DNA from: an uncultured Bacteroidales bacterium
GTDB lineage: Bacteria > Bacteroidota > Bacteroidia > Bacteroidales > JAADJA01
Reading direction: 5' to 3'
Assembly: GCA_963764475.1 (NCBI GenBank)
Contig: CAVXTE010000059.1
Span: forward strand, 7,936 to 71,935
Length of the DNA: 64,000 nucleotides
In this document: one piece after another, positions 61,593 through 64,000 of the stretch
Layout of the letters: each line of letters begins with the position of its first letter
How positions within the stretch are numbered: position 1 is the stretch's first letter
Translations under genes and position numbers: made by a program
Notes under the pieces: model-generated
What the model was told of the DNA's origin: nothing
Database searches by the model: none
What the model saw: only the letters and a program-made list of their open reading frames with translations

Positions 61593-64000
61593 ATGAAGAA
61601 AATTTTAGGATTGGATTTGGGAACAACATCAATTGGTTGGGCTCTTGTTAATGAAGGAGCTAAAAAAAGAAGAAAAATCTTCAATAATAAAAACAGGTGT
61701 TAGAGTTATTCCTTATGGGGATAATCTTCAAAAGAAAAATCCACAAACAGGTAAACTATCAGATATTAAGAATATTGAAGAAGATTTTAAATCAGGACAA
61801 GGAATCTCTCCAAACGCTGGTCGAACGCAGAAACGAGGTGCAAGAAGAAATCTTCAACGCTATAAACAAAGACGCTCACACTTAATTGCTATATTAAAAA
61901 AACACAATCTAATTAATGAAAATACACAACTAACTGATACGGGTAAGAATACAACCTTTTGCATTTGGGAGCTAAGAGCAAAAGCTGCTAAAGAGCAAAT
62001 CTCTTTAGATGATTTTGCACGGGTTATACTGGCAATTAATAAGAAGCGTGGATATAAAAGCAACCGGAAGGCTAAAGATGAAGAAGACGGGTACGCAGTT
62101 GATGGAATGGAAATTGCAAAATTGCTGTATGACCGAAATTTAACCCCTGGACAGTTTACTTATCAGAGACTTATTAATAACAAGAAAAATATTCCTGATT
62201 TCTATCTATCTGATCTGCAAAAGGAGTTTGATATTATATTTGATGTACAGGCAACATTCTACACAGATACCTTTACTCCGGACTAAAGGAGAAAAAGAAC
62301 TTAAAGGAAAAAAACGTGATGCTGTCTGGGCAATTTGCGCGAAAGCATTTAAAGAAAATGGATTTGAACTTGTTGGTTCGAAAAGACAGGCAATGCAGCC
62401 GAACAAAAAATTGAAAATTATGCCTGGCGCGCAAGGGATTATCTGAAAAACTGGATTTGGAACAAATAGTGTTGTTTTTCAACAAATTAACATACAAATA
62501 AATAATTCAAGCGGTTACCTTGGAGCGATATCCGACAGAAGTAAAGAGCTGTATTTTAACAATCAAACTGTTGGACAATATCTCTATAACCAGATAAAAA
62601 ACAATCCACATACAATGTTAAAGAAACAGGTATTTTACCGGCAGGATTATCTTGATGAATTTAAGCCGTATATGGGAGGTGCAAGCCCCAAAACAGGAAA
62701 GATATTTTAACCAGTAAATTAAAAGGACGAAATAAGGAATACGGTTATTTTCTTTCAGCGAAAGCTGAAATCACAAAAAGGCCTTATCAGTGTTTGTGAA
62801 TTCGAGAGGGAGGGAAATCGAGGTTGAGAAGGACGGAAAGAAAAAGAAAAAAATTATTGGTCCCAGAGCAATCCCAAAGTCGTCACCACTTTTCCAGGAA
62901 TTTAAGGTATGGCAAATTCTCAATAACCTGAAATTTGAAAATGTTGAGACTAGAGATGTTTTTACTATTTCTGAACTCGACAAAGAGATGGAAATAAGAA
63001 ATCGGATGTTTGCTGAATTGAATATCAAAGGAAGATTAACTGCCAATGAAGTTTTGAAAGCTACTATCGAAGATTATAAAATGTGGGAGGCGAAAAATTT
63101 CAAAGATATTGAAGGCAACAACACATTTGCATCATTAATGGATGCATTTGGCAAAATAGTTGAATTGTCGGGCCATGAAGTAAATAAATCCAAACCAATT
63201 GAAAGCATCACTCGGGTGTTTGAATTATTGGGAATTAACACCGAAGTACTTGTATTTAACTCAGACCTCAATGGCATCGAATTTGAACAACAGACTTCCT
63301 ATCAATTATGGCATATACTTTACTCATATGAAGGGGATGATTCCGAAAGCGGGAATGAAAGACTATATGAAATATTGAAACGAAAATTCGGATTTGATAA
63401 GGAGTTTGCAAAAATTCTGGCAAATATTACATTTAAAGATGATTACGGAAGCTTAAGCACTAAAGCAATTAAAAAAATATTGCCATTTATGAAAGCCGGA
63501 CACGAATATTCTGAGGCATGTATGTTAGCGGGGTACAGGCATTCTCATTTTGTTTTAAAGGCAGAAAACGAGAAAAGAGAATTGGAAGACAAAATGAATT
63601 TATTGCCTAAAAATAGCTTACGAAATCCTGTGGTTGAAAAAATCCTGAATCAAATGGTGAATGTTGTAAATGCTGTTATTGATTATTACGGGAAGCCAAA
63701 CGAAATAAGGATTGAGCTTGCGCGGGAATTAAAGAAAAGTGCAAAAGAACGGGCTGAAATGACAAGCAATATTGCTAAAGCCACAAGGGAACATGAGGAA
63801 ATCAAGAAAAAGATAAAGGAATTATATCCATTTAATACCGGGGTAAGAATTACAAGGAACGATATCATAAAATATAAGCTATATGAGGAGCTTGCTTTTA
63901 ACGGATACCACACTTTATATACAAATACTTATGTTGAAAGAGATAAACTTTTTAGCAAAGAGTTTGATATTGAACATATAATTCCACAGGCAACATTATT
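61593..64000 (+). CDS. cas9: Type II-C Cas9 (long Bacteroidota type), several frameshifts in the 5' half, 3'-truncated by the window
   Basis: RuvC-I MKKILGLDLGTTSIGWALV; bridge helix RTQKRGARRNLQRYKQRR; KKRGYKSNR; GYLGAISDRSKEL; SPLFQEFKVWQILNN; LRNPVVEKILNQMVNVV; RuvC-II IRIELAREL; HNH start DIEHIIPQ. Confidence 0.95.

Overview
This is a Bacteroidota (Bacteroidales-like) chromosomal window, judged from TAnnTTTG promoters, A-rich translation starts and T9SS cargo proteins. Left to right it holds: a partial Type ISP-like restriction-modification gene; a repeat-flanked DUF6326 cassette; T9SS and fibre-like secreted proteins; an Nramp transporter with a Cyc2-like cytochrome-porin and a c-type cytochrome; and a ~31 kb heavy-metal island (CopA/Cus copper cluster, rearranged arsR-arsEFG-arsP genes, a TetR-RND-FmdE-TauE-porin module, arsRCM-acr3). 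Ordinary genes follow (DUF3857-transglutaminases, pirin, TPR lipoprotein, 2OG oxygenase, LytS/LytTR, tadA, C10 peptidase). The window ends with a type II-C tracrRNA and a frameshifted cas9 running off the edge. The most unusual region is 58.9-61.2 kb: an uncharacterised 330-aa gene preceded by a 42-bp tandem repeat and by two predicted divergent ~230-250-nt non-coding transcripts. These two RNAs are complementary to each other, and one is also complementary to the leader of the 330-aa gene. Several genes carry single frameshifts, probably assembly indels. All family calls come from motif recognition by eye, not database searches.
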